Source: Macrostomum lignano (Eukaryota). Taken from it: a DNA stretch of 64,000 bases. Location: contig NIVC01000975.1 in NCBI GenBank assembly GCA_002269645.1, forward strand, positions 310,001 through 374,000, read 5' to 3'. Position numbers and translations under genes: made by a program. The notes under the pieces were generated by a model that saw only the letters and a list, made by a program, of their open reading frames with translations, did not search any database and was not told the origin of the DNA. Every line of letters begins with the position of its first letter. Positions within the stretch are counted from its first letter, which is position 1. This document shows, in pieces, positions 30,621 to 48,165 of the stretch.

Positions 30621-33600
30621 ATGGCGGCTGTGGCCACCCAGCCTCCGCCTCTGCATCATCGACAGAACAGGCAACAGAACCACCTGCTGGACGCGATGGA
30701 CTCCGATAGTGAGTTAAATCTGAAGTTTTCAAGTTTTGCGAAATTTGCAAAATTATTCTCAGGGTTGGTTCTCATGGGTGAGATTATCACGGTTGGTTCT
30801 CATGGGGGAGATTATCAGGGTTGGTTCTCATGGGGGAGATTATCACGGTTGGTTCTCATGGGGGAGATTATCAGGGTTGGTTCTCATGGGGGAGATTATC
30901 AGGGTTGGTTCTCATGGGGGAGATTCTCATGGTTGGTTCTCATGGGGGAGATTATCAGGGTTGGTTCTCATGGGGGAGATTATCAGGGTTGGTTCTCATG
31001 GGTGAGATTCTTAGGTTGGTTCTCATGGGTGAGATTCTCATGGTTGGTTCTCATGGGTGAGATTATCATGGTTGGTTCTCATGGGTGAGATTATCATGGT
31101 TGGTTCTCATGGGTGAGATGATCAGGGTTGGTTCTCATGGGTGAGATTCTCAGGGTTGGTTCTCATGGGTGAGATTCTCAGGGTTGGTTCTCATGGGTGA
31201 GATGATCAGGGTTGGTTCTCATGGGTGAGATTCTTAGGTTGGTTCTCATGGGTGAGATTATCATGGTTGGTTCTCATGGGTGAGATTATCATGGTTGGTT
31301 CTCATGGGTGAGATTATCATGGTTGGTTCTCATGGGTGAGATTCTCATGGGTGAGATTCTTACGTTGGTTCTCATGGGTGAGATTCTCAGGGTTGGTTCT
31401 CATAGGTGAGATTCTCAGAGTGGCTCTGAGTGCTCGTTTATCCTGCAGAGATATATCCCTATTGACCTGAAGTGACCTCCCAGCTCTCAGCCGGAGGCAT
31501 AATACCGATCCTCCAACTGGGTTCGATTCCTGCAATACTCGCACTCTTACTTGAGGGCGGCGAAACGCTGTGGTAGCCAAAACTGCCCCCTCCCGTTCTC
31601 TGCCTCTCAATTCCAATATCGATCTCTCACTTTTCTTCCAAGATCCCAAATTCAGTCGCTGAGCAGCTGAAAAAAATCTCCTGGCGCTGCCCCCCCGGCA
31701 GAGCTGCTGCGTGTTTTTTTCAAGAAGCAAACTTGAAAGACCCGAGTGTCTGCAGTCAGCTTGCACTGTCTTTCTGCTTATCGCTGTCATTATTGCTTGA
31801 CCACTCTCTTGTCTTTTAGCCCTGCATATGTCATTGATCCCTCTCCCTTATCGCTTGTCCCTCTCCCTTATCGCTTGTCCCTCTCCCTTATCGCTTGTCC
31901 CTCTCCCTTATCGCTTGTCCCTCTCCCTTATCGCTTGTCCCTCTCCCTTATCGCTTGTCCCTCTCCCTTATCGCTTGTCCCTCTCCCTTATCGCTTGTCC
32001 CTCTCCCTTATCGCTTGTCCCTCTCCCTTATCGCTTGTCCCTCTCCCTTATCGCTTGTCCCTCTCCCTTATCGCTTGTCCCTCTTCCTTATCGCTTGTCC
32101 CTCTCCCTTATCGCTTGTCCTTCTCCCTTATCGCTTGTCTCTCTCCCTTATCGCTTGTCCGTCTCCCTTATCGCTTGTCCTTCTCCCTTATCGCTTGTCT
32201 CTCTCCCTTATCGCTTGTCCCTCTCCCTTATCGCTTGTCCCTCTTCCTTATCGCTTGTCCCTCTCCCTTATCGCTTGTCCATCTCCCTTATCGCTTGTCC
32301 CTCTTCCTTATCGCTTGTCCCTCTCCCTTATCGCTTGTCCCTCTCCCTTATCGCTTGTCCCTCTCCCTTATCGCTTGTCCCTCTCCCTTATCGCTTGTCC
32401 CTCTCCCTTATCGCTTGTCCCTCTCCCTTATCGCTTGTCCATCTCCCTTATCGCTTGTCCCTCTTCCTTATCGCTTGTCCCTCTCCCTTATCGCTTGTCC
32501 CTCTCCTCTGTTTCTCAGTCTGAAAAAGTAAACTCAGCCTTGAACTCGGTGTGTTCACAGACCAGCGGTTGGCGAACTCCAGCAGCTCAGCGTTTCTAAG
32601 CTCTCTTCTCTCTCTCTCCTTTCGTAGAAGCGTTCAACTTCTGCACTGCACTTTGCCTGCGCAAGGCGTTACGAGTGTCTAATTAAAAGATTAGCGCCTA
32701 AGCTTATTCATCTAATTCAACAGTCTAAGTGTGGATAAGCTCCGTCAGGTACATCCCAACCCTCTATCCACCTCTCTCTATTCTCGGGAGCCCCATTGTT
32801 CGGTGGAGACTGTGGGGGCAGTTACCATGGAGACAAGTTCAAATTGGCGCCCCCCTGGGAACAGGAGGCGCGCACAGGCAGCAGCAAAACACTGCAGGAC
32901 CTGCTGCAGGAAGCCGGCCGGCTCTCCTATAGGCTGGCCCGCGAAATCCGTATCCCCTTCTCAGTCAGAGCATTGCCCAGATCCCCAACCCTTCTGTCCC
33001 TTCCCACCCCGTCCCTCTTCAACGCTTCTCTCGACTGCGGATCAGCTCCCCACCGACGCACGGCAGTTTTTTTCTTCCTGTTTACCTGCGGGGATAATTC
33101 TCAGCCTAAGCAGTCACCATGGCAACGGCCCAGCTTTGCTGAGTTGTTGTGTTCCGGGCTGGAGAGCAGCGTATCGCTGTTGCCAATGGCAACCGAAGGG
33201 GATGGAGATGCAAGGACGGAGAGGGGGAGAGAAGACAGAGGACCGGGCAGTTGTCTCAGATTAGAGAGTAAGCAACAGTGTGTGGGTTGGCAGGGCCGAT
33301 GTGCAGCATTTCGTGTCCTCTTGTAGCCTCATTAACTAGAAACCTGAAGGAATTAGACTTCATGCCATTCTCTAAAGATCTAAGGGAAGCACAATAGACC
33401 CGAATCAGAATCCCAATAGACCTTGGCGAATCCCGATAGATCAGAGAATCCCAATAAATCTGAGGGAACCCCAATTGATGTGAGGGAATCCCAACTGATG
33501 TGAGGGAACCCCAATTGATGTGAGGGAACCCCAATTGATGTGAGGGAATCCCAATCGATCTGAGGGAATCCCAATCGATCTGAGGGAATCCCAATTGATT

Positions 33601-35260
33601 TGAGGGAATCCCAGTTAATCTGAGGGAACCCCAATAGACCTTGGCGAATCCCGATAAATTAGGAAATCCCAAACGATCTGAGGCAATCCCAAACGATCTG
33701 AGGCAATCCCAATCGATCTGAGGGAATCCCAATCGATCTGAGGGAATCCCAATTGATCTGAGGGAATCCCAATCGATCTGGAGGAATCCCAATCGATCTG
33801 ATTGAATCCCAATCGATCTGAGGGAATCCCAATAGGTCGGCACGCATTGCAAGCTCCCAATTCTTTAAAACAATCTCCCAGATCCTAACCGCGATCCGAC
33901 TGAGGATGAGCCCAAAGCTTCAAATCAGGAAGATCACGAAGAGAACCGAGACGAGGAGGCGACTGCACAGTCAGCGGAGGCCGCGGCTGAACCGCCGATC
34001 GGCCGCCGGCGGGCCAGCAGGAAAGCGCCGCCGAGGCGGGCGGCTCCGCTGCTCCCGGACGATCCGGACGACGGGAGAAACACGCCTCAGTCGCCGACAC
34101 CGACGGCCAAACGACTCCGGCTGATGATTAACGGTGAAACGGCAGCCGAGGAGGCGGAGAAGCCACTTTGCTTCCGCTGCTGCCAGGCAGTGTCCGACGG
34201 TGTCCAGTGCCCGGCCTGTCCCCGGCACTACCATCGCCCGTGCTGGCCGGACCGCCGCCGGACAGCCTGTCCGGAGTGCGAGGCTCTGCTGGAGTCCGAG
34301 GCCGCTCAACTGGGCGAGGCGGACAGCCCGGAGGAGGCGCGGAGAAGGCTGGATCGCCTGAGCGACACTCTGACGGCGGTCGCGGACTCGCTGGCCGGGG
34401 AAGTCGACAACCGGGCGGACCTGCTGGAGGACGGCGAGGACGCCGACTGTCCGTCCAGTCTGTCGGCGCTGCGCAGGAAGACCGCCAGCAGAGGCTTCGC
34501 CACCGAGGCCGCCTTCCTGGCTGACCTGCGCCTGCTCTGCCACCGCCGGCTGCAGCGGGCCGGCGGCAAGGCAGCCGACGTCATTGAAGAGAATCGCCGC
34601 CTGCTGGACCGGGCGGCCGAGTTGCTGCGAGCTCCTGGCGACCGGCCGAGCTCCAGTCAGCCTGCAGTCTGCAAGGAGACAGCGGCCATCTGGCTGGAGG
34701 CGGTGAAAGCCGACGCCATCAAGACATTCGCCGCCGCGGTGGAGTCTTACCTGGCCGAGCGGAAGCCGCAGCAGGTGGCAGCAGTCGCAGACTCGCAGGC
34801 GAGGCAGTCAGCCAGCCAACTCAGCCAGAAGCTGATTGTGCAGCGGCGCCAGCACGCGGCCGAGATGGCCCGCCTGCAGTTCCTGCACCAGCTGCAGGCC
34901 AGCGAGCTGGAGCACAACCACCGCCTGGCCATGTGCGAACTGCGGGCCGCCTTTGACATCGAGAAGCAGAACGTGCTGAGCGCCACCTGCCAGGCGTTCG
35001 AGACCGACTCGAGACGCCAGCTGGAGGAGGTGAAGCGGAAACAGTGGTGCGCGTTCTGCAGCAAGGAGGCGTTCTTTTACTGCTGCTGGAACACGTCCTA
35101 CTGCGACGCCAAGTGCCAGCAGAGGCACTGGCCGCAGCACATGGCCACCTGCTCGCAGGCGCAGGGTGGCGGAGCAGCCGCTGCTGCCGCCGCTGCCGCA
35201 GCCGCCGCCGCTGCCGCCTCTGGGGGAAATTTTCACCCCCAACTGGTAGCGCACAGGTGA
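30621..35260 (+). CDS. ZMYND8: ZMYND8/RACK7-like protein (PHD, degenerate bromodomain, coiled coil, MYND); exons 30621..30708 and 33882..35260
   Basis: C4HC3 PHD CFRC...CPACPRHYHRPC...CPEC, bromo-like SLSALRRKTASRGFATEAAFLADLR and MYND KRKQWCAFCSKEAFFYCCWNTSYCDAKCQQRHWPQHMATC. Donor GTGAGT at 30709 and acceptor CCCAG at 33881 are both phase 1. The first exon is inferred. A possible donor at 35257 could extend the C-terminus. Confidence 0.8.
30762..31410. repeat. 28-bp minisatellite in ZMYND8-like intron
   Basis: Unit GGTTGGTTCTCATGGGKGAGATTMTCAG, about 23 copies. Confidence 0.96.
31838..32505. repeat. 20-bp pyrimidine-rich minisatellite
   Basis: (CCCTCTCCCTTATCGCTTGT)n, about 33 copies. Confidence 0.98.
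32821..33193. promoter_or_regulatory. Cluster of three RFX X-box-like motifs, candidate internal promoter
   Basis: GTTACCATGGAGAC (32821), GTCACCATGGCAAC (33113) and GTTGCCAATGGCAAC (33179) lie in a GC-rich island between minisatellites. Confidence 0.5.
33405..33835. repeat. 20-bp minisatellite
   Basis: (GAGGGAATCCCAATCGATCT)n with variants. Confidence 0.93.
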
Positions 35261-35291
35261 GATGAAGAGGCGGTGCACTTCACGGCTTCTT

Positions 35292-35635
35292 GTTGCTATG
35301 CCAACTGGTCTCTATGATACTCATTGGTTGCTATGCTAACTGGTGTCTATGATACTTATTGGTTGCTATGCCAACTGGTGTCTATGATACTCATTGGTTG
35401 CCATGCCAACAGGTTTCTACTCTATGAAACTGGTTGCTATGCCAGCTGGTGTCTGATACTCATTGGTTGCTATGCCAGCTGGTGTCTATGATACTCATTG
35501 GTTGCTATGCCAGCTGGTTTATATGATACTCATTGGTTGCTATGCCAACTGGTTTCTATGATACTCATTGGTTTCTATGCCAGCTGGCTTCTACATGTAT
35601 ATCTACCTATTTGTTCGCTATGCCATTGGTTGCCG
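35292..35635. repeat. 35-bp minisatellite downstream of the ZMYND8-like stop
   Basis: Unit GTTGCTATGCCAACTGGTGTCTATGATACTCATTG, about 9-10 copies. Confidence 0.93.
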
Positions 35636-36589
35636 AACAGTTTAAAATGTTTAGTACAAGATTTCAGCAGCTTTCAAAATTCAAAGACTTATATTAGGCT
35701 TATATCAGGCGTGCGTTTAGTAATCTCAAAACGAACTCATTTTGTCACATTCTAAATGCGCTGCGCTTACATATCTCATCCCCAGTGCGTTTCTTTCTCA
35801 TTGTTTTCATTAATATTTCACATTAATTTTATTCCATATTTCATATTGTAACTGATAGCGTTATGAATATCACCTGTGTGGCTTGAAGTTTATTAAAAAC
35901 AATTTCTGTGTAAATAAACATGCCCCAATCTGACTACTCGCAAACTGTATCGCCTAGTAGTATGTATTGCTTGTGTATGCTTAAAAGTCATAATAAGCAC
36001 AATAAACGCACACATTTGACTGGACAATTTATTAAAGTCATTCATGAATTCATCAACAATTGTTGAGAAGCCGGCAGCAGTTATATTAAATAAAAGTTAC
36101 TAATATTACTATTTACACAGTAATGTTACTATACAGCAACACAGAGTCGCTGGTTGATCATTTAGAAATAAAAAATTAATTACAAAATTGAAGCGCAAAA
36201 CCAAAATGGATAATAGTGCTAAATAAATTGTGTGAATTAAACAGACCAATAAACTGATTAAACACTCGGTAAGGAAAACTGTGTAACACGAACTCACAGC
36301 AAACTAATGATACTAACTAAATAAACTATTGAAAACAGAGACACACTCAGGCAATGCGGGGAACACAAAAAGATTAAATTTGAAGTAAAAAGCTGGTTCA
36401 ATATTTTACAGCGCACGCGCCTACCGCCATCCCCAATCAATAAATCTTAAATTTCCACAATTAGTTTGAAACTATTAATGCGCTGTGCTAATTAATTATA
36501 ATATAAGCGATTTTATAAGCACAACAGAGTTTCAATTACAAAACACACGTCATACTACTGCTCTGAGCAACTGCTGCTGTGGGTGGGAA

Positions 36590-36885
36590 TTGGGATCTGG
36601 ATGGGATATTTTGGGATTATAATTGAAGTGGGGATTAGAATCTGGATGGGATATTTTGGGATTATAATTGAAGTGGGGATTAGAATCTGGATGGGATATT
36701 TTGGGATTATAATTGAAGTGGGGATTAGAATCTGGATGGGATATTTTGGGATTATAATTGAAGTGGGGATTAGAATCTGGATGGGATATTTTGGGATTAT
36801 AATTGAAGTGGGGATTGGAATCTGGATGGGATATTTTGGGATTATAATTGAAGTGGGGATTAGAATCGGGATGGGGTATTTTAGG
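36590..36885. repeat. 45-bp minisatellite just 3' of the AF10 stop
   Basis: Unit GGGATATTTTGGGATTATAATTGAAGTGGGGATTAGAATCTGGAT, about 6 copies. Confidence 0.95.
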
Positions 36886-37022
36886 TTTATAATCCCAATC
36901 GTAATTACAATGGGGATATTTAAAGACATCCATTTCTCTATGAAGCTAAAAGCCGCGAGTCGAAGGCAGAGAAGCAATTTAATGATTTATAGGAGTAATG
37001 TCATACCAAATAACACATCGAA

Positions 37023-42542
<5,520 letters not shown>

Positions 42543-42683
42543 ATTTTAACCCCCTATATTATGGCTTTGATTGATTGACAGCTCCGCCTGCCGCCGATTG
42601 ATTGATTGCTGCTATGGAAAGGCTGCTGTGGCGGCTCTCAGCAAAGCAGCAGGTTGCGGCGGCGTGGCGACAGCCTGCAACAT

Positions 42684-43670
42684 GAATTCAGTTATGGTTT
42701 TACGGGGAATTCAGTCATGGTTTCACGGGGAATTCAGTCATGGTTTTACGGGGAATTCAGTCATGGTCTCACGGGGAATTCAGTCATGGTTTTACGGGGC
42801 ATTCAGTCATGGTCTCACGGAGAATTCAGTCATGGTTTTACGGGGAATTCAGTCATGGTTTTACGGGGAATTCAGTCATGGTCTCACGGGGAATTCAGTC
42901 ATCGTTTCACGGGGAATTCAGTTATGGTTTTATGGGGAATTCAAGCTGGTTTCATGGGGAATTAAAGTTGATTTCACAAGAAATTCATTCAGGCCGGCTT
43001 CAGGGAGAATTCAGTCATGGTTTCACGGGGAATTCAAGCTGGTTTCATGGGGAATTCAAGTTGATTTCACAAGAAATTCGAGCCGGCTTCACGGGGAATT
43101 CAGTCATGGTTTTATGGGTAATTAAGTTATAGTTTTATGGGGAATTCAGTCAGTTTTATGGGGAATTCAGTCATGGTTTCACGGGGAATTCAAGCTGGTT
43201 TCATGGGAAATTCAAGTTGATTTCACAAGAAATTCAGGCCGGCTACACGGGGAATTCAAGCATGGTTTCACGGGGAATTTAAGCATGGTTTCACGGGGAA
43301 TTCAAGCATGGTTTCACGGGGAATTTAAGCATGGTTTCACGGGGAATTCAAGCATGGTTTTACGGGGAATTCAAGCATGGTTTCACGGGGAATTCAAGCA
43401 TGGTTTTACGGGGAATTCAAGCATGGTTTCACGGGGAATTCAAGCATGATTTCACGGGGAATTCAAGCATGGTTTCACGGGGAATTCAAGCATGGTTTCA
43501 CGGGGAATTCAAGCATGGTTTCACGGGGAATTCAAGCATGGTTTTACGGGGAATTCAAGCATGGTTTCACGGGGAATTTTAGCATGGTTTCACGGGGAAT
43601 TCAAGCATGGTTTCACGGGGAATTCAAGCATGGTTTTACGGGGAATCCAAGCATGGTTTCACGGGGAGTC
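42684..43670. repeat. 24-bp/23-bp minisatellite upstream of the AF10 ATG
   Basis: GGGAATTCAGTCATGGTTTTACGG (24 bp) followed by GGAATTCAAGCATGGTTTCACGG (23 bp). Confidence 0.95.
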
Positions 43671-44191
43671 CAAGCTGGTTGTATTATATATGCAATTGAT
43701 ATTGGAAGTCAAGTGTAAGCCAATGACAACTAAGAAAAGTCAAGCACTAAGCCATATGTACGAGCTATACGACGTATAAAAAGCTTAAGAGTAAACTGGC
43801 CTGTGCCAGAGAGGGGCACTGGAAAGGAGGGGTAAGAGCGGAAGACCGCATCGCACAACGGCCACTTTATTGAGGGTGAAACCATGGCCACGGGGAATCG
43901 CAATGGAGTAAAGAGCACTGCAGTAGAATGTGCTATAAGCAGAGAGACAGGTGGAAGGGTGAGGAGCAAGAGAGAGAGAGAGAGATGGCGAAGGGTTCTA
44001 GCTGTGCAGCGCAGCACACAATACGCGCAGCAACCTTAAACTCCTTGCCCTCTTTAATTTGAGAAAAATGGCACGGCCAAGAGGCCAAAGGAGCGGATTT
44101 TAAGACGCTTTTCTCTATTCAAACCATCTGTCCCTCGGCCAGTACCAGAGCCAGGCATACCGACCAGAGCTACCGCTCCTACATAGCAGCA

Positions 44192-44797
44192 ATGGCAGAA
44201 ATACTGGAGGAGGCCATGCTCAAGGACCTGAAAGAAGCATTCGAAGAGAACGACCGCACCTCGGAGGGCAGCGTCACCATGGCCGGGGTGTCAACAATCA
44301 TGCGCAAAGTCGGGCACCAGCTGAGCGACTCGGATCTGCGCAAATTCCTCATCAAACTGGGCGCCGACCCGGACGCGAAGCCGCGCATCGATTTTAACTC
44401 CCTCTGCGCCATCCTGGTGCTCAAAATGCGCGGCGCCGACGTGGACGACGAGGCGGAGATTCGCGAAGCCTTCTTCGTGCTGAGCCGCGGCTCCAATGGA
44501 ATTCACGTGACGCACGAGGAGCTCAAACGGACAATGCTGCTGCTACTAGACGAGCCTCTAACCGACGAAGACATCGACGAGATGCTGCGGCACGCCGATC
44601 ACGACAGGGACGGCGTAGTCAACTGGGACGACTTCCGACGGATGATGACCTTCGAGGAGAACAGCGACCGGGATATGAGCTTCGTAAGGCTGCTGTCGGC
44701 GTCAAGCGCGAAGAGTCGGGCAGCTTCAAGATCCACAACTGCAGCAACCTCGGCGGCTGGGCGACAAAGGACCGGATATTCAAAGACGTCTTCTTGA
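44192..44797 (+). CDS. Calmodulin-like EF-hand protein, single exon, 201 aa
   Basis: Calmodulin-like helix pattern (DLKEAFEE, EIREAF, LTDEDIDEMLRHADHDRDGVVNWDDFRRMM). Only EF4 has a near-canonical loop. Ser/Ala-rich tail. Confidence 0.85.
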   Translation: MAEILEEAMLKDLKEAFEENDRTSEGSVTMAGVSTIMRKVGHQLSDSDLRKFLIKLGADPDAKPRIDFNSLCAILVLKMRGADVDDEAEIREAFFVLSRGSNGIHVTHEELKRTMLLLLDEPLTDEDIDEMLRHADHDRDGVVNWDDFRRMMTFEENSDRDMSFVRLLSASSAKSRAASRSTTAATSAAGRQRTGYSKTSS

Positions 44798-45312
44798 CTC
44801 ATCTGTTTGCCAAATCACGTTGCTGGCGTCTTTCAAAATCCTTCAAATACAGCTGGAGCCACAGTAGGCAAGGAAACTGACCCGATTCCGTAGCTTTTCA
44901 GACGTTTTCTTAGGAAAATTGTTAAAAATTGATTGTTAAAAACTCTACAGGTGAAACCGTCGTCATTTGCGAAGTTCATGACTAATTTGGGTAATTTTAC
45001 GTCTAGCTAGTGGGAACTGACTTCCTAAATTCATATTTGATAAAAATAACTTCAAGACTAACATTGATTATAAAAAGGACAGAAAGAAAAACAGCCGTCG
45101 TCGGTGTGTATTTTGAATTAATCTAACTTGATTAAATATTATCAATAGTGAAAAATTGAAAAGAACAGTCAAGCTAAATAACAAAGAATCCAGCCACGCA
45201 CAGACAGGGATAGATGGCTACTATAAAGCCGCTACCTAGAAAGAAAATTCGAGTACAAACGTTGCTTAACCATTTCAATCAGAAACCAAAAGTCCTACGA
45301 TCGAACAGAGCT

Positions 45313-46625
45313 TCAAGCGATGGTGAATCCGGGCTTCACAGCCCACGGCACGACCTTGCGCTCGTACAGGTGCTCTCCTATTGGCTCCTTGATGCCGGGA
45401 GGCAGGGTCGCCAGGTACACAGGAGTGTCAGCGCCTTCATAGATAGTCTTTGGTCCTTTGTGGCTGGTCATATCCGTGTCCACATAGCCGGGACAGCAGC
45501 AGTTGATCACAATGTCGTCTCCCTTGATATCCCTGGCCTGGGCGTAGGTCATGAGACGGACGCCCACCTTGGAGACGCCGTAGGCGGTCTGCGGCCAGCC
45601 GGCCTCCTGCACTGTGCCGGCCTTGGCTCTGGCCACGAAATCCGACATGAGCTGCTTCACCTGCGGTTGAGGACAGAAGGGGTGGTTTGGTTATGTCTAT
45701 GGTAAACACTGTCCGCAGCCTACAGGATTGGTTATGTCAATGGTAAGCACTGTCCGCAGCCTATAAGATTAGTTATGTCTATGGTAAACACTGTCCGCAG
45801 CCTACAGCTTTGGTTATGTCTATGGCAAACACTGTCCGCAGCCTATAAGAATGGTTATGTTTATAGTTAACACTGTCCGCGGCCTATAAGATTGGTTATG
45901 TCTATGGTAAACACTGTCCGCAGCCTATAAGATTGGTTATGTCTATGGCAAACACTGTCCGCAGCCTATAAGATTGGTTATGTTTATAGTAAACACTGTC
46001 CGCGGCCTATCAGATTGGTTATGTCTATGGTAAACACTGTCGGGAGCATACATGACTAGTTATGCCTACAAGTTTAAAGTTACAGTAAAGTGTTGCACAT
46101 CACTTCAAAGACAGCACTTACCTCATCCAGACTCATGGGCTGCGTGAGCTTCTTCTGCAACTCCGGAGAAGCCTTGTTGAGTGCCATGTCGCTAACGCTG
46201 CTGCACAGGTGCACAACCCGAGCGTGCGGCTTCAGCAGGGGGAACAGCGCGTCGCAGACACGCAGAGTGTTCCAAAAGTTGGTTGCTATGGTGACCTCTG
46301 CTTGCTCGGCGAACGGCGCGGTCGAGTCGCCCTTGTAGGCAATGGCAGCATTGTTAACGAGAATGTCGAGGCCTCCGTAGGTGCCTTTAAGGTAGGCGGC
46401 GAGGCGGTCCACGCTCTCCTGACTGTCGATGTCCAGCTGGTGAAATCGCGGCTCGACTCCGCGCTTCTTCAACTGGCTCAGAGCATCGGCGCCGCGAGCT
46501 TTGTCGCGCGAGGTCAAATAGACGGCCCAGCTGGAGCCCAGCTGCTTGCAGAGCTGCTCCACAATGGCGAACCCGATGCCCTTGTTGGAGCCGGTCACTA
46601 CGGCCACCTTCAGTGCTGAGGCCAT
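45313..46625 (-). CDS. CBR1: Carbonyl reductase-like SDR, copy A; exons 46122..46625 and 45313..45660
   Basis: VAVVTGSNKGIG (TGxxxGxG), LDILVNNAAIAYK, catalytic YGVSK, INCCCPGYVDTDM and GADTPVYLA. Phase-0 intron GTAAGT...CCGCAG. The symbol is family-level. Confidence 0.92.
45688..46045. repeat. 41-bp minisatellite in the CBR copy A intron
   Basis: Unit TGGTTATGTCTATGGTAAACACTGTCCGCAGCCTATAAGAT, about 9 copies. Confidence 0.95.
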
Positions 46626-46834
46626 GGCGCTGCAATAGGGGACAGGAACTGCTGGGACTCACTTGGGGTTAGGGTATTGGCTCTGAAGGAGTGCCACGAA
46701 GTCTTCCCAAAAATTCCCCTGCGATTCGGAAGGATTACCTTCAGATTCCCCTTGGGGTTCCCAGGAATTTCTTCCTTTGTTTCTAAAACACTCTAATGCT
46801 GTTTAAGATTTCCCAAAATTCTTATCGGAGGTAA

Positions 46835-47715
46835 TCTAGGATTCCCTATCTGGGGTAGTCTAGGATTCCTTATCTGGGGTAGTCTAGGATTCCCTATCTG
46901 GGGTAGTCTAGGATTCCCTATCTGGGGTAGTCTAGGATTCCCTATCTGGGGTACTCTAGGATTCCCTATCTGGGGTACTCTAGGATTCCCTACCTAAGGC
47001 ACTCTAGGATTCCCTACCTAAGGCACTCTAGGATTCCCTACCTAAGGCACTCTAGGATTCCCTATCTGGGGTAGTCTAGGATTCCCTACTTAAGGCACTC
47101 TAGGATTCCCTACCTAAGGCACTCTAGGATTCCCTACCTAAGGCACTCTAGGATTCCCTACCTAAGGCACTCTAGGGTTCCCTATCTGGGGTACTCTAGG
47201 ATTCCCTACCTAAGGCACTCTAGGATTCCCTACCTAAGGCACTCTAGGGTTCCCTATCTGGGGTAGTCTAGGATTTCCTATCTGGGGTAGTCTAGGATTC
47301 CCTATCTGGGGTACTCTAGGATTCCCTACCTAAGGCACTCTAGGATTCCCTATCTGGGGCACTCTATGATTCCCTATCTGGGGCACTCTAGGATTTCCTA
47401 TCTGGGGTACTCTAGGATTCCCTACCTAAGGCACTCTAGGATTCCCTATCTGGGGTAGTCTAGGATTCCCTATCTGGGGCACTCTATGATTCCCTATCTG
47501 GGGTACTCTAGGATTCCCTACCTAAGGCACTCTAGGATTCCCTATCTGGGGTAGTCTAGGATTCCCTACTTAAGGCACTCTAGGATTCCCTATCTGGGGT
47601 ACTCTAGGATTCCCTATCTGGGGTACTCTAGGATTCCCTACCTAAGGCACTCTAGGATTCCCTATCTGGGGTAGTCTAGGATTCCCTACTTAAGGCACTC
47701 TAGGCTTACCCATCT
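46835..47715. repeat. 24-bp minisatellite between the CBR copies
   Basis: CTAGGATTCCCTATCTGGGGTAST and CTAGGATTCCCTACCTAAGGCACT variants, about 36 copies. Confidence 0.97.
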
Positions 47716-48165
47716 GGGGCATATACAAAGTTGAATTAACAGCTAAACAGTATTCATTATGAAACTAACTAAAAGACGTTACAAATATTTTGGCATCAAT
47801 GTTAAAACACTACAGAAGATCAGGGATATTTTATCATGAAAAATTGCTATAAAAGAGTCAGAAATAGCTTAGTATATATAAATTTCAATTACTACACTAC
47901 AGTCTACGAACATGTGAAAGCAGCATGATATAGAAATAAAATTGCCAATCATGAAGACAAAAAATGTAAAAGATATCATTTAGAATGGTTCAGCAACCTC
48001 GCACCTACGCTCGTAGATAAATAGAAAATTAGAATAAAGAAAAATAGATAAAATAAAGATTATAAAAAGTTAATGCCTACTTACTGAATTTATCAAAAAG
48101 CTAATTATTTAATAAAATGTATAACTACTGTTTAATAAAGTCTCGGATTGAAAATCTACCAGATG

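Noticed and set aside
31485-31535. Pol III B-box GGTTCGATTCC (31520..31530)
   Set aside because: No convincing A box or cloverleaf, and no similarity to the SINE body.
33971-35278. Antisense ORFs over GC-rich exons (also at 37247-37844, 49152-49682, 53095-53625 and 62614-63575)
   Set aside because: These are shadow ORFs expected opposite GC3-rich coding sequence, with no independent motifs.
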